Of a DNA stretch of 64,000 bases, positions 38,809-48,280 are shown in pieces. The notes beneath the pieces were generated by a model. That model was not told where the DNA came from. It saw nothing but the letters and a program-made list of their open reading frames with translations, and searched no databases. Both the position numbers and the translations under genes were made by a program. The DNA comes from an uncultured bacterium (GTDB lineage Bacteria; Margulisbacteria; WOR-1; CAVSGV01), in contig CAVYHE010000008.1 in the NCBI GenBank assembly GCA_963768305.1, forward strand, positions 96,001-160,000. The letters run 5' to 3'. Position 1 is the stretch's first letter; the number at the start of each line of letters is the position of its first letter.

Positions 38809-39261
38809 CTAGCAATAAATTCTGGAAATCCCTTTTCCTTCTGTTGAGCCAAGAATTACAAATGAATGATTTGGACTTTGATCGAGCTGTCTCTTGACTA
38901 TTTTAAGATCTCTTCCGCTTTCCGGATCAATAATATTGTAATTCCCTCTTCCTGCATGAGTTTCGTCCCTATATTGGATCAATGCCACAGCTTTTTTCCC
39001 AATAGCATCTCTTGAACCATCCTTTAGGGTGTATCCGCAAAGAATAGAAGAAATATAGTCGCTCAAATTAATACGGGATTTCTCCGAGAGCTTGCCTAAT
39101 ATTGCCTTCTGTTCAGGAGCGGACATATTCACGAAATCATATGCCTGATTCCCTATATAACCATCTCCCTTTTCTGCTTTAATGAATGCTGCTACGAATT
39201 TATCCGCCTTTGTCGAAATTTTAGTCTTCGTAGTGTCAGAAGATACTTTAGACATTTTCAT
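38809..39261 (-). CDS. Paralog C of a three-member family ending R-I-Y-C (putative rSAM substrate/precursor)
   Basis: SD GGAGGTG; shares ADKFV, LIQYRDE and SFVILGS...RIYC* with its neighbours. Confidence 0.75.
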   Translation of the reverse strand: MKMSKVSSDTTKTKISTKADKFVAAFIKAEKGDGYIGNQAYDFVNMSAPEQKAILGKLSEKSRINLSDYISSILCGYTLKDGSRDAIGKKAVALIQYRDETHAGRGNYNIIDPESGRDLKIVKRQLDQSPNHSFVILGSTEGKGISRIYC

Positions 39262-39302
39262 TTTATATCACCTCCCGGTAAGTTTTATTGTTTCCGGGCT
39301 TC

Positions 39303-39710
39303 TTAGCAGAATATTCGCGGGGATTTTTCCCCATAATATGATCCCAATAAAACATAGGAAAATCCCTCTGTTTGATGCGTATAATATTCATTTTTCTTGC
39401 CTTGATGCCGATATACATCCTCCACTGTAAAATTCTTGAATTGAGGCTCTTCTCTATATTGGATCAATTGTTTTGCCTTGTCAGAAAGAGGCGTTTCCCT
39501 TAAGCGCGCCACCCGGGCCAAAGCATCGCTCAAAGCAAAACGATCGCAATCCGGATCGTTTAATACCGCCTTTTGCGCGGCATCGGACAACTTCAAAAAA
39601 TCTTCAGCAAATTGATATGGGTTTATCCTGGTCGTTCGATTTTGATCGAACTGAATGTATGATTTTACGAATTTCTTTGCATCTGAAGCGGGGCTTACAT
39701 CACCTGGCAT
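39303..39710 (-). CDS. Paralog B ending R-I-F-C (putative rSAM substrate/precursor)
   Basis: SD AGGAGGTG before ATG 39710; AKKFV, SDKAKQLIQYREEPQFKNFT and SYVLLGS...RIFC*. Confidence 0.75.
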   Translation of the reverse strand: MPGDVSPASDAKKFVKSYIQFDQNRTTRINPYQFAEDFLKLSDAAQKAVLNDPDCDRFALSDALARVARLRETPLSDKAKQLIQYREEPQFKNFTVEDVYRHQGKKNEYYTHQTEGFSYVLLGSYYGEKSPRIFC

Positions 39711-39750
39711 ATTGTTCACCTCCTGTTAAATTTTATTATTTCAAGGCTCC

Positions 39751-40146
39751 TTAGCAGAATACCCGCAAAACAGGCCCACCGTCTGTCCCCGATCCTAATA
39801 TGATATGAGACATCCCGTATGTATGATATGGAAAATGCACAACCTTGCCATTTACCACTTTTTCCTGTTCTATTGTAAATCCTTTGAATTGAGGTTCTTC
39901 TTTATATTTGATCAATTGCTTCGCTTTGTCAGAACTGGGGCCCGTACCGCTATAGCAAAGCCAGCTTAATGAACTACTCAACACAATGCGGGATTCTAGT
40001 GGAAGTTTGTCTAATACTGTTAATTGAACAACACTGGGTAAATTCACAAACGCTCTAGCATCGTCAACGCTCGGTTCACTATGGATCTTGTGCATCTTTA
40101 CAAATTTCTGTGCTTCTGAGTTGATTTGTACGGGTGTAAGTGCCAT
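39751..40146 (-). CDS. Paralog A ending R-V-F-C (putative rSAM substrate/precursor)
   Basis: SD GGAGG; AQKFV, SDKAKQLIKYKEEPQFKGFT and SHIILGS...RVFC*. Confidence 0.75.
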   Translation of the reverse strand: MALTPVQINSEAQKFVKMHKIHSEPSVDDARAFVNLPSVVQLTVLDKLPLESRIVLSSSLSWLCYSGTGPSSDKAKQLIKYKEEPQFKGFTIEQEKVVNGKVVHFPYHTYGMSHIILGSGTDGGPVLRVFC

Positions 40147-40190
40147 TTTGTTCGCCTCCCGGTGGGTTTCATTGTTTCAAGAAACGCGTA

Positions 40191-40219
40191 ATTCTACCAT
40201 ATTTCAAGGCTTTTGTCAA
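40191..40219 (-). promoter_or_regulatory. Near-consensus sigma-70 promoter of the paralog-rSAM-MTase operon
   Basis: Minus strand TTGACA-N17-TAGAAT with an extended -10 TG. Confidence 0.75.
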
Positions 40220-40316
40220 TTGCTTGCCGCCAAAGTCAAGCGCATCAAGCGCTTTCTTTTGGGGCTGTTAAAATGTTTTGGAGGATACAGTTGTCGCCGA
40301 AGCATTATGTCTGGGC

Positions 40317-41588
40317 CTATTTGCCGCCTTCCCCGTTCATGAAGAACAAAGAGAACCATATCCAGTTCTGGCCGTAATAATCACCGGGATCATTGCCCCA
40401 ATATCCTTCTGTATGATATTCGCTTTGGATCTTGCTATATAATGCCTTTGCTCCTTCTTTATATCCTGACGCCCAAAAATAAGTCATGTAAACGCTAAGG
40501 GTTTGGAGAGTTTCGCTTCTCCAGTGCACTCTGCCGTCAATATTGTAGCCGGAGAATATCGTACCGTTCTTATTCAGCTCGCTCATGAAAAACTGGCACG
40601 GCGAGAGATCGGGATTAGCGCTTTTGCAGTCGCAGTAAGAATCCGCCGCCGCATCCGACGGGTCCAATTTATGCTGCAGCGCCATGAAGAAATGCGTGCG
40701 GAAAGCGTCGCCGCCCTGAAAATAGTCGTTCGGAGACCAGTTATGATCGTGGACTTTTTCCTGCGCGTCCACTGTTATCCAGTCCGGAACAAGATTTACC
40801 GATCCTTTTACGGCCTCATTTGATTCATTGTGCATTACTGCGGTTTCGGCTTTCCTTATGACCTCATAAGCCGGAGCGACCATGGATCTCCAGTCGTGAT
40901 CGGTATCCGCTTCCGCGAACAGTTTTTCGTAATATGAAGGGCGAAAATAGGAAACGTTTATCCCGTTCGTCGGAACTTTCGTTTTAGGATCTTGCGTATA
41001 CATCTGGACATCGCTTCCGAGAAGGATCCTTTTCCCGTTGATGATCTTTGTTTCCTTGTTCCAGATATCATCAAGTAATGCGAGAGCTTCTTCTTTATAA
41101 TTGATAACTCCGCCGCTTCCCCATTTCTTGTCCGCCCATAGCAATGCAGCTGCGATATCCTGATCGGCATCGGTCGCAGGATTAAGATGATCGCATGACA
41201 GCACGCCGCCTTTTTTACCGCCAACTGTCGGAAGGAATTGCCATGCAAAAAGATTATCTTTCTTTGAAGGTTCAACCGGCTGCCATTTTTTTGAGTCGGC
41301 ATTGTAGATGCCGGTGATATTCTTTCTCTGCATGTTCACTGAAGTCCAAGACCATATCTTGTCGAACGTGACTTTGTCGCCCATTAAAGCTGAGGCGCTC
41401 AATCTGTATGAAACTGCTTCGGAGAATGTGACTTTTTCAGTCGTGTCTCCGTCTTTATCAAGGTCGCTCTTATCTGGATCAGCTAAAGGCCTGCCGTCCT
41501 GAGCGATCATATTCCTGTTGTAATGATCGTAAGATCGCTTTAATATCGCGCTTATTGCCGGATCTTTTTGGACTCCAGTAACACCCAC
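40317..41588 (-). CDS. Glycoside hydrolase family 8 protein
   Basis: TFSEAVSY, FDKIWSWT, ATDADQDIAAALLWA, NVSYF, VPDW and DAFR; probable GTG start at 41588 after SD AAGGAGG. Confidence 0.8.
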   Translation of the reverse strand: MGVTGVQKDPAISAILKRSYDHYNRNMIAQDGRPLADPDKSDLDKDGDTTEKVTFSEAVSYRLSASALMGDKVTFDKIWSWTSVNMQRKNITGIYNADSKKWQPVEPSKKDNLFAWQFLPTVGGKKGGVLSCDHLNPATDADQDIAAALLWADKKWGSGGVINYKEEALALLDDIWNKETKIINGKRILLGSDVQMYTQDPKTKVPTNGINVSYFRPSYYEKLFAEADTDHDWRSMVAPAYEVIRKAETAVMHNESNEAVKGSVNLVPDWITVDAQEKVHDHNWSPNDYFQGGDAFRTHFFMALQHKLDPSDAAADSYCDCKSANPDLSPCQFFMSELNKNGTIFSGYNIDGRVHWRSETLQTLSVYMTYFWASGYKEGAKALYSKIQSEYHTEGYWGNDPGDYYGQNWIWFSLFFMNGEGGK

Positions 41589-41638
41589 CGCTATTATCCC
41601 TCCTTGAATTTTGCCGTTCTCTACCCTTCTATATATAT

Positions 41639-41666
41639 ATATCGTCAAATTTGAGATGAAATTTCA
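41639..41666 (-). promoter_or_regulatory. Sigma-28-like promoter motif, copy 3
   Basis: Minus strand TGAAA-N15-GACGATAT upstream of the GH8 gene. Confidence 0.7.
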
Positions 41667-41706
41667 CTTAACAACAGACAGTATTATTGCTATAATTTCT
41701 TTCCTT

Positions 41707-41941
41707 ATGAAATTGAAATGCAGCATATGCGAAAATGAGATCGACATTAAAGAGGGCACAAAGCCCGGGACCAGGATAACCTGCCCGAACTGCTTCGCGC
41801 AGCTCGCGGTTATATAAGCACAAGGGCAGGCTGATCATCGGCTGCGCCATGTGCAAAGAATCCGTCTTTGATCCGACAAATTGCGAAAGATGCGAACGAA
41901 GGCGTGAACTGAAGGAACTGATAACGGAAGGGAGGCTGTAA
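41707..41941 (+). CDS. Small multi-CxxC (zinc-ribbon) protein, frameshifted
   Basis: MKLKCSIC...CPNC, then in a shifted frame CAMC...CERC...EGRL*. Confidence 0.55.
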
Positions 41942-41945
41942 TATC

Positions 41946-42456
41946 ATGGAAGACCTTAAAGGATCACTTGGATACCGCTCTGGAAATGGAGCGGTCCGGA
42001 TATGACCTCTACATGAAAGCCGCGAAGAAAACATCCAATCCGCTGGGAAGGTCCACGCTGGAAGCCATTGCCGCGAAGGAATTGGACCATATAAAAGCCA
42101 TCAAGGATTTCGCGAAGAAGAATCTGGATAAGGCGATCGTAGACATCAACCCGGCGGACAAAAAGGGCTACATTAAGCCGATCATGGAAAAGCTGGAAAA
42201 ATCCCTGGATGAGAATGTGAAGCCGGATTCCGACCTCAATGAGGCATACAAAGCCGCGCTTCAGCTTGAGAAAAGATCATATGACCTCTACAAGAGCCTG
42301 AAGCAGAAAAGCTCCGGCGACAAGGAAAAGAGATTCTTTGATTTTCTCATGCAAGAGGAGAACATGCATTACGAGCTCCTGAATGAGACCCTGGAATACC
42401 TGGATAATCCGGCTAACTGGTACAGGGAAAAAGAACAGTGGCTGGTGGAATACTAG
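41946..42456 (+). CDS. Ferritin-like/rubrerythrin family protein
   Basis: Paired E..Y and ExxH motifs (ELDH, ENMH). Confidence 0.85.
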
Positions 42457-42466
42457 GGATCGGTCG

Positions 42467-42941
42467 CTAGGCTTTTCTTATTGAATCCACGAACCCAGCG
42501 ACTTTTAAAGTATAATTACCGCTTTTCAGTTCCGCTTCTTTTATGGCCAATGTAGCTACCGGTGACCTGCCGATGATCTCTTCCATGCTTTTGAAAGCAT
42601 TGTCGCTGCCTTTTCCGCCTTCAGAGCAGAAAAAGGACGCGCTGTTCATCTGGTCAATGTTCTGCATGAGGAATGTCCTTACCGGAGAGCATAAATTCCA
42701 GGCCCATATGGGCCCGCCGACAATGATGTGGTCATATGCTCTGATGTCTTTCGATAAATCCTTTATCTTCGTCAACAATTTTTTCGACCCGTCCCGGCCG
42801 GCGGAGAACCAGCCCAATATTCCAGCCCTGTTCTTTGTGTCGATTATCTCCTCGATGTCGCATTTCAGTGCATTAGCTATCGCAATGGCGACCCTTTTTG
42901 TGTTGCCCGACCTGGAATAATAGACGACCAGGAGTTTTCAT
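42467..42941 (-). CDS. Flavodoxin family protein, 5' frameshift
   Basis: VVYYSRSGNT and YDHIIVGGPIWA. Confidence 0.8.
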
Positions 42942-43012
42942 GATGGAATATATTATACAATATTTTACAATACGCGCATCATCCATTATAATTGCCTCCG
43001 GAGGCGATAAAT

Positions 43013-43642
43013 ATGACAGAAAATGCTGCAAGGGCCCTTTCGATCCTTCGCGACTATTCTCGATTCCAGTGGTACGTCATCCCTCTACTTCTGATCGTCC
43101 TTTACATATACTCCGTTGAAGTGGAAAGAAGGAATTGGAACGTTCTTTTCGGCGGGCTCGCCTTATGGGGAATGGACTGGTTCAATGAGATATGGAACGC
43201 GCTCCTCTTCCATTTCAATAAGTTCGCGCCGGCATGGGCAACTCCCGGAGCAACGGCATACAATATATTGATAGGCCTGAACATAGAGATAACCCTCATG
43301 TTCGCCATAATGGGCATTTATGCCTGCAAAATGCTTCCTCCCGGCAAAAAAATGAAGATATTCGGTTTGAACAACCGCATATTTTTCGCGGTCCTGAATT
43401 CTCTGCTTGCGGTGGGGATAGAGATCATCCTTAACCATATAGGGGCGCTCACATGGGACCTTCCGTGGTGGAACCTGAAGGCGCCGTGGCTCATATTCCT
43501 TATCGGCTACCTGCCTTTCTTCCTCGTCGCTTTCTGGGTGCATGACATGAAAAAGGTGAGCGACAAGGCAAAGACCGTCGGGGCGATCCTGGGCTTTGAT
43601 CTTTTATGCCTCATCGCATTCATTTCTATGAGATGGATCTGA
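43013..43642 (+). CDS. Integral membrane protein of unknown function
   Basis: About six hydrophobic segments; SD GGAGG. Confidence 0.7.
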   Translation: MTENAARALSILRDYSRFQWYVIPLLLIVLYIYSVEVERRNWNVLFGGLALWGMDWFNEIWNALLFHFNKFAPAWATPGATAYNILIGLNIEITLMFAIMGIYACKMLPPGKKMKIFGLNNRIFFAVLNSLLAVGIEIILNHIGALTWDLPWWNLKAPWLIFLIGYLPFFLVAFWVHDMKKVSDKAKTVGAILGFDLLCLIAFISMRWI

Positions 43643-43667
43643 TACGTAAGTAAGGATCATTCTTATA

Positions 43668-43739
43668 ATGAAAATTCTCGCTATCGAAATCATTCGGCAG
43701 GCTCAGGGCATGATTTGTGAGTTTAAAGAAGTACTGTAA
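43668..43739 (+). pseudogene. Remnant duplicate of the tsaD 5' end
   Basis: Encodes MKILAIE..., identical to the start of TsaD at 44938 but with synonymous differences. Confidence 0.6.
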
Positions 43740-43806
43740 TTCGTTTGACTATGAAATTTACGGTACTATAATAACCCCACGTTAATCCATTAAGAAGGTA
43801 TTTAAA

Positions 43807-44836
43807 ATGAAGACAAAAGTTTTTATCGTTTTAATGATCGCTCTTATTAACAGTTTCAACCAGCATCATAATGCTTGCCGGGTGCGGAAATGCTACCGGG
43901 GGGGGGTAGCAGCGGCGGAGGAGGATCAAACGGGAGGAACAGGGATCCTTTATATTGCTGGTTATACTAATAACTGTATCCTTGTTTATGATAACGCCAA
44001 TACAAGGGAAGGCTCTACTTCGCCGGACAGATTGATATCAGGAGAGTTTACTCAAATCAATCACCCAAATTCAAATAGTCTTTTTATTGATGCACAAAAT
44101 GATAAATTGTATGTTTGCAACGATGGAAATCACTCCGTTTTGGTATTTGATAATGCAAGCACTTTGGAGGGTAACGTTACTCCTGAACAGATGATAACCT
44201 ATGCGGGCATGAAGTACCCAGAAGGGATCTCTGTAAGAACGAACAGGATATACGTGGCTGATGTCTTCCATTCAAAACTTTTTGTGTTTAGTTCCGAGGC
44301 AACTGGACCAACGTTGCCGCTTGCTACTATAGAGGCAACGAGCGTAGGTCTTGCAGCGCTGGGTGTTTATGTCGATTCAAATAATAATATGTATTTAGCC
44401 GGTACATCAAACACCCCTCAGGTTATTTATGTTTTCAAAAACGTGAATACATACTCTTCAGGGAATAACGACCTTGTACCTGATAGAATAATTTCTTGCG
44501 AAGCATTGTATAATTATCCTTTCGCCGTTTGGGTGGATGAGAATAAGAACATTTTATATGCGGACAATTGTAGCGCCAGTGATATTTTGACTTTCAATAA
44601 TGCCTCGACCTTGAGTGGTGAATGCAATTACTCATCCAGCGCTGAAATATCAGGGAATCCTTATCCTTTAGCCGTTGATACTAACAAGAACATTCTTTAT
44701 GTGAGCAACGCGATCTAATATACAAGTTTGGACTAATTCAAATACTCTCTCGGGAACAGCAGAGCGGACAATAACCATACCGGGAGCTTATGGCGGAAAT
44801 TATAATGGTATTGCCATAGATACAACCAGAAATTGA
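43807..44836 (+). CDS. Putative lipoprotein with NHL/beta-propeller-like repeats, frameshifted
   Basis: LAGC lipobox and Gly/Ser linker in a shifted frame; repeated LYV..N..ILV[YF]DNAST..G...PDR units; AT-rich. Confidence 0.7.
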
Positions 44837-44873
44837 AGCGTAATTAATCAATAGAATATTTTCTGATAAATAC

Positions 44874-44910
44874 AAGCCCGTATTAATAAACGATGCGGGC
44901 TTTTTGTTTG
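44874..44910 (+). terminator. Intrinsic terminator
   Basis: AAGCCCG...CGGGCTT stem followed by TTTGTTT. Confidence 0.6.
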
Positions 44911-44937
44911 CCTGAATTACTGATAAAATGCTCATCT

Positions 44938-45999
44938 GTGAAAATCCTTGCCATCGAAACCTCATGCGACGAAACTTCAGCTGCCGTTATTGAGAACGGC
45001 AGGAAGATATTGTCGAATGTTGTCGCGTCGCAGGTGGAGATACATAAAAAATACGGCGGGATAGTACCGGAAGTCGCTTCCAGAAAGCATATCGAATCCA
45101 TCGCCGCTGTGGTCAAACAAGCCCTGGACGACGCAAAAACTTCCTTAAAAAAGATCGACGCGGTCGCGGCGACCTACGGCCCTGGCTTGGTGGGCTCGCT
45201 TATAGTCGGACTGAACTATGCGAAAGCTATCGCTTATGCAGCAGGCAAGCCGTTCATTCCGGTGAACCATATCGAAGGACATATATACGCCAACTTCATA
45301 AAAGAGATGGGAGATAAGAGATCAGAGATAAGAAAAAACAAATCCCATCTCCGATCTCCAATCTCTAGTCTCTCCTTCCCTTTTATTTGCTTGGTGGTTT
45401 CCGGCGGCCACACTCAGCTGGTGCTGGTCAAATCTCACGGGAAATATCAAACTTTGGGCAGGACAAGGGACGATGCCGCGGGCGAGGCATTTGACAAGGT
45501 CGCCAGATTCCTGGGCATCGGATATCCCGGCGGGCCGTTGATAGACAAAATGGCAAAACAGGGCGATCCGGAAGCCATCGATTTTCCGCGCGCGATGATG
45601 AACGACGGCTATGACTTCAGCTTCAGCGGCATCAAAACAGCTGTGGTTAATTACGTAAGGCATCATGAAAAGGCTCAAACTCTCAACTCTAAATTCATAA
45701 CTGATATTGTCGCTTCTTTTCAGGAAGCCGTCGTCGATATCCTTGTCGAAAAAACGATCAGGGCGGCGAAAAAAAGAAAAGTGAAATGGATAGCTCTTGC
45801 CGGCGGGGTTTCGGCGAATTCGAGATTGAGATCCAAGCTCTCGGCAAGAGCGGGAAAAGAAGGCCTGAAAATATCGATCCCGCCCATGTATCTTTGCACG
45901 GACAACGCGGCAATGATCGGGAGCGCGGCGTATTACCTGAAAAAGAACGCCAAAAAGAGAAACCTGGACATTGAGGCAGTATCAACTCTGAGGATATGA
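44938..45999 (+). CDS. tsaD: tRNA N6-threonylcarbamoyltransferase TsaD
   Basis: [44 protein letters not shown] and CTDNAAMI. Confidence 0.97.
   Translation: MKILAIETSCDETSAAVIENGRKILSNVVASQVEIHKKYGGIVPEVASRKHIESIAAVVKQALDDAKTSLKKIDAVAATYGPGLVGSLIVGLNYAKAIAYAAGKPFIPVNHIEGHIYANFIKEMGDKRSEIRKNKSHLRSPISSLSFPFICLVVSGGHTQLVLVKSHGKYQTLGRTRDDAAGEAFDKVARFLGIGYPGGPLIDKMAKQGDPEAIDFPRAMMNDGYDFSFSGIKTAVVNYVRHHEKAQTLNSKFITDIVASFQEAVVDILVEKTIRAAKKRKVKWIALAGGVSANSRLRSKLSARAGKEGLKISIPPMYLCTDNAAMIGSAAYYLKKNAKKRNLDIEAVSTLRI
45304..45372. repeat. Inverted heptamer repeat inserted in frame in tsaD
   Basis: GAGATGG GAGATAA GAGATCA GAGATAA ... CCATCTC CGATCTC CAATCTC TAGTCTC. Confidence 0.8.
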
Positions 46000-46006
46000 C
46001 AAAAAA

Positions 46007-46991
46007 CTATTTCATGTTGTCGAGAAGGATAGCCATTGAAGCGACCACGTCCTTCGTTTCCGGCTGCATGAACTCCTCGTACGTGAATATTTTTTTGCCT
46101 TTATCGAACGCGGACATAACCTTCGCAGAATAATAACTATCCAGGGTGCTCTTTATCGCGCCCGATAACTGCTTTTTTACCGTATCCTTCGCCGATTCCA
46201 TGCTATATGTGTTGAAACAAAGCGCGTAAGTGATGTACTCGTCCGAGGAAGCGTCGATCTTTGAAAGGTGCTTGTCCGCCTGCTCCTCCATGGCCCCGCG
46301 GTTACCGCCGATATCGGCGTAATCGATATCAAAAGCTTTAAGCGCCAGCCCGAGATCGCCCATGCTCTTGTCCACCATAGCGATGGTATCCGCCGGCGTG
46401 TATATGATGTATCTTTTCCACGCGCTCCCGTTAAGCAAAGCGTACGCCCAGCCCAGCCGGTTGTATGCTTTCGCGTAATAAAGCGGGTAGTATTGCCCGG
46501 GGGAAATGCTCATGCTTTTCTCGGTGGTAAGGTTCGATATTGACGTAAGTACCTCGTTTATACAGTTATCCGCATCCTCGTACATTTCAAGCTGCTTGTA
46601 AAGCTTTACCACCGAACCTTCTATCGTCCTGTGCGTGAGGATGCCTTTTCTGTAAGCGGAAGCTATCGCGTACGGCAGAACATCGGCAGCAAGTTTTGGC
46701 GAAGTTTCCTTTGAATTTGAGGATCTCCGCCGCTTTTGAGTTGACCAATGAAAGAGCGCCCAGCGCGTTATCGTATGCTCCAAGCCTTTCCCTGACAAGT
46801 GCTCTCTTGTAAAGCTCCGCGAGATATTTCACGGTGTTATCAGTATTGGTGCCGACCACGAAATCCGTCGCGTTCGAGCCCAAGGACTTTGAATCCGATT
46901 GCGACATGTTCTCGAACGTGGTCGTCAGCTGCTGGCCATAACTCGCCGTTGATAGGAGCAATAATAATATTAAAATGTAAACCTTAAGCAT
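46007..46991 (-). CDS. Exported helical hypothetical protein, frameshifted
   Basis: Signal peptide MLKVYILILLLLLSTASYG; continues into ORF 46007-46798. Confidence 0.55.
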
Positions 46992-47059
46992 AGTGAACCT
47001 GACAAGTTTAGCACAAGAAGATATTGATGGCAATTGAGGGGAAAACAGGGTCCCGGAGG

Positions 47060-47590
47060 TTAATCGCTGGGCATGCGAAGAAATTCCGCATATCTTTTCA
47101 TGTTTTCCCCCAATTCCGGCATTCTGGCGTTCTTGTTTATCCTGGCGATCTCCTCAGCTTTGAATTTCAAAGCTTTTGACATTATAGAAGTTTCGGCATC
47201 TGATCTTCCAAATTTATCGCAGGAATAAAACCTGTCCACCCAAAAAGTGTAAGTGCTTGCCAATGCCTGCGCGATCCGGGAACTTTCATTTGCCAATAAA
47301 GGGAAAAGCCTCTTGATCTTTTCATGATTTTCATGAGGGCTTTTATCCTCGCCGATAAGCTTCCAGATTTTGACGGCCGTCACCCCTTTTATGCGTTTTT
47401 CCGATATTAGATCGTTTATCGACCTTAATTGTTCTTTTGCATAAAAGCCTATGCACACGGCTTGTTTCCAGAACGGGCGTTCCAAGAATCCTTTTCTGAG
47501 ATCAGAAGTGACCAGCGGATCCTTTGTCAGCATCGCTTTGCGCATCGTCGACATAAAACCCGGTTTTATACTGATTTTTTTAACCGCCAT
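47060..47590 (-). CDS. Orphan hypothetical protein (176 aa)
   Basis: Intact ORF with SD AAGGAG. Confidence 0.65.
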   Translation of the reverse strand: MAVKKISIKPGFMSTMRKAMLTKDPLVTSDLRKGFLERPFWKQAVCIGFYAKEQLRSINDLISEKRIKGVTAVKIWKLIGEDKSPHENHEKIKRLFPLLANESSRIAQALASTYTFWVDRFYSCDKFGRSDAETSIMSKALKFKAEEIARINKNARMPELGENMKRYAEFLRMPSD

Positions 47591-47637
47591 TGGATCTCCT
47601 TGATTTTTTTAGGCAACATTGGTCTTTTTCTAATATA

Positions 47638-47665
47638 TTATCGATATATTTTCGAGAAAATTTCA
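47638..47665 (-). promoter_or_regulatory. Sigma-28-like promoter motif, copy 4
   Basis: Minus strand TGAAA-N15-ATCGATAA. Confidence 0.65.
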
Positions 47666-47701
47666 GTTTTTAATAAAAATCCCTGACTCTAAGATTCGAT
47701 A

Positions 47702-48232
47702 TTATTCACGGACAAATTCAAACAGATATTCGCTGAGCTGCGGCGTTAACATCTTCCCGTAATTATTCGCGTCGTTATTGTCCAGGTTAAATCCCTTTGA
47801 TGTAATATCTGAAGCACATACCGCTTTACTCTTTATCTCTGTTTGGCCCGCTGCTTCTCTCTTCAACAGGACCAGCCTTACCAGGTACTTATTCAACACT
47901 ACGATCTTGATCTTTTTGTCCTTCATCGCAACCGGGATATTGCCGACCCCTACCCATCCCGCATGTTTACCGTCCGCTATGACAAAAACATGGTCCACCT
48001 CTTTGTTCGCTATTTTTGATTGCATTTCGAGTTCATTCTTTTTTTGAAAATACATCACTGCGCCGATATCGATCATAAAAGAAAGGTAAGCCCCTTCATA
48101 CTTTTTCCCGACCACCACGGCATCCTGATCCGCGGTCAATTTTTCTTTTTCTGAAGCGGCATTTTCCGCTTTCTTTGGACTCGATACCTGGGAAAACCGG
48201 TTTATCGTCATTAACGAATCTATTGATGACAT
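47702..48232 (-). CDS. Orphan hypothetical protein
   Basis: Probable ATG at 48232 (MSSIDSLMT) after AGAGGA. Confidence 0.65.
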   Translation of the reverse strand: MSSIDSLMTINRFSQVSSPKKAENAASEKEKLTADQDAVVVGKKYEGAYLSFMIDIGAVMYFQKKNELEMQSKIANKEVDHVFVIADGKHAGWVGVGNIPVAMKDKKIKIVVLNKYLVRLVLLKREAAGQTEIKSKAVCASDITSKGFNLDNNDANNYGKMLTPQLSEYLFEFVRE

Positions 48233-48280
48233 CTTTATTTTTATCCTCTTTTTATTGGGCTTGTTTTCGCTTACCAATAT

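Noticed and set aside
40317..41588. GH8 gene as part of the rSAM operon
   Set aside because: It has a different promoter type, and a 170-bp gap containing a separate strong sigma-70 promoter divides it from paralog A.
41629..41643. (TA)n tract as a phase-variable microsatellite (also 25369-25379)
   Set aside because: The tracts are short and directly follow the CGATA -10 element, so they are better read as the AT-rich start region of the promoter motif.
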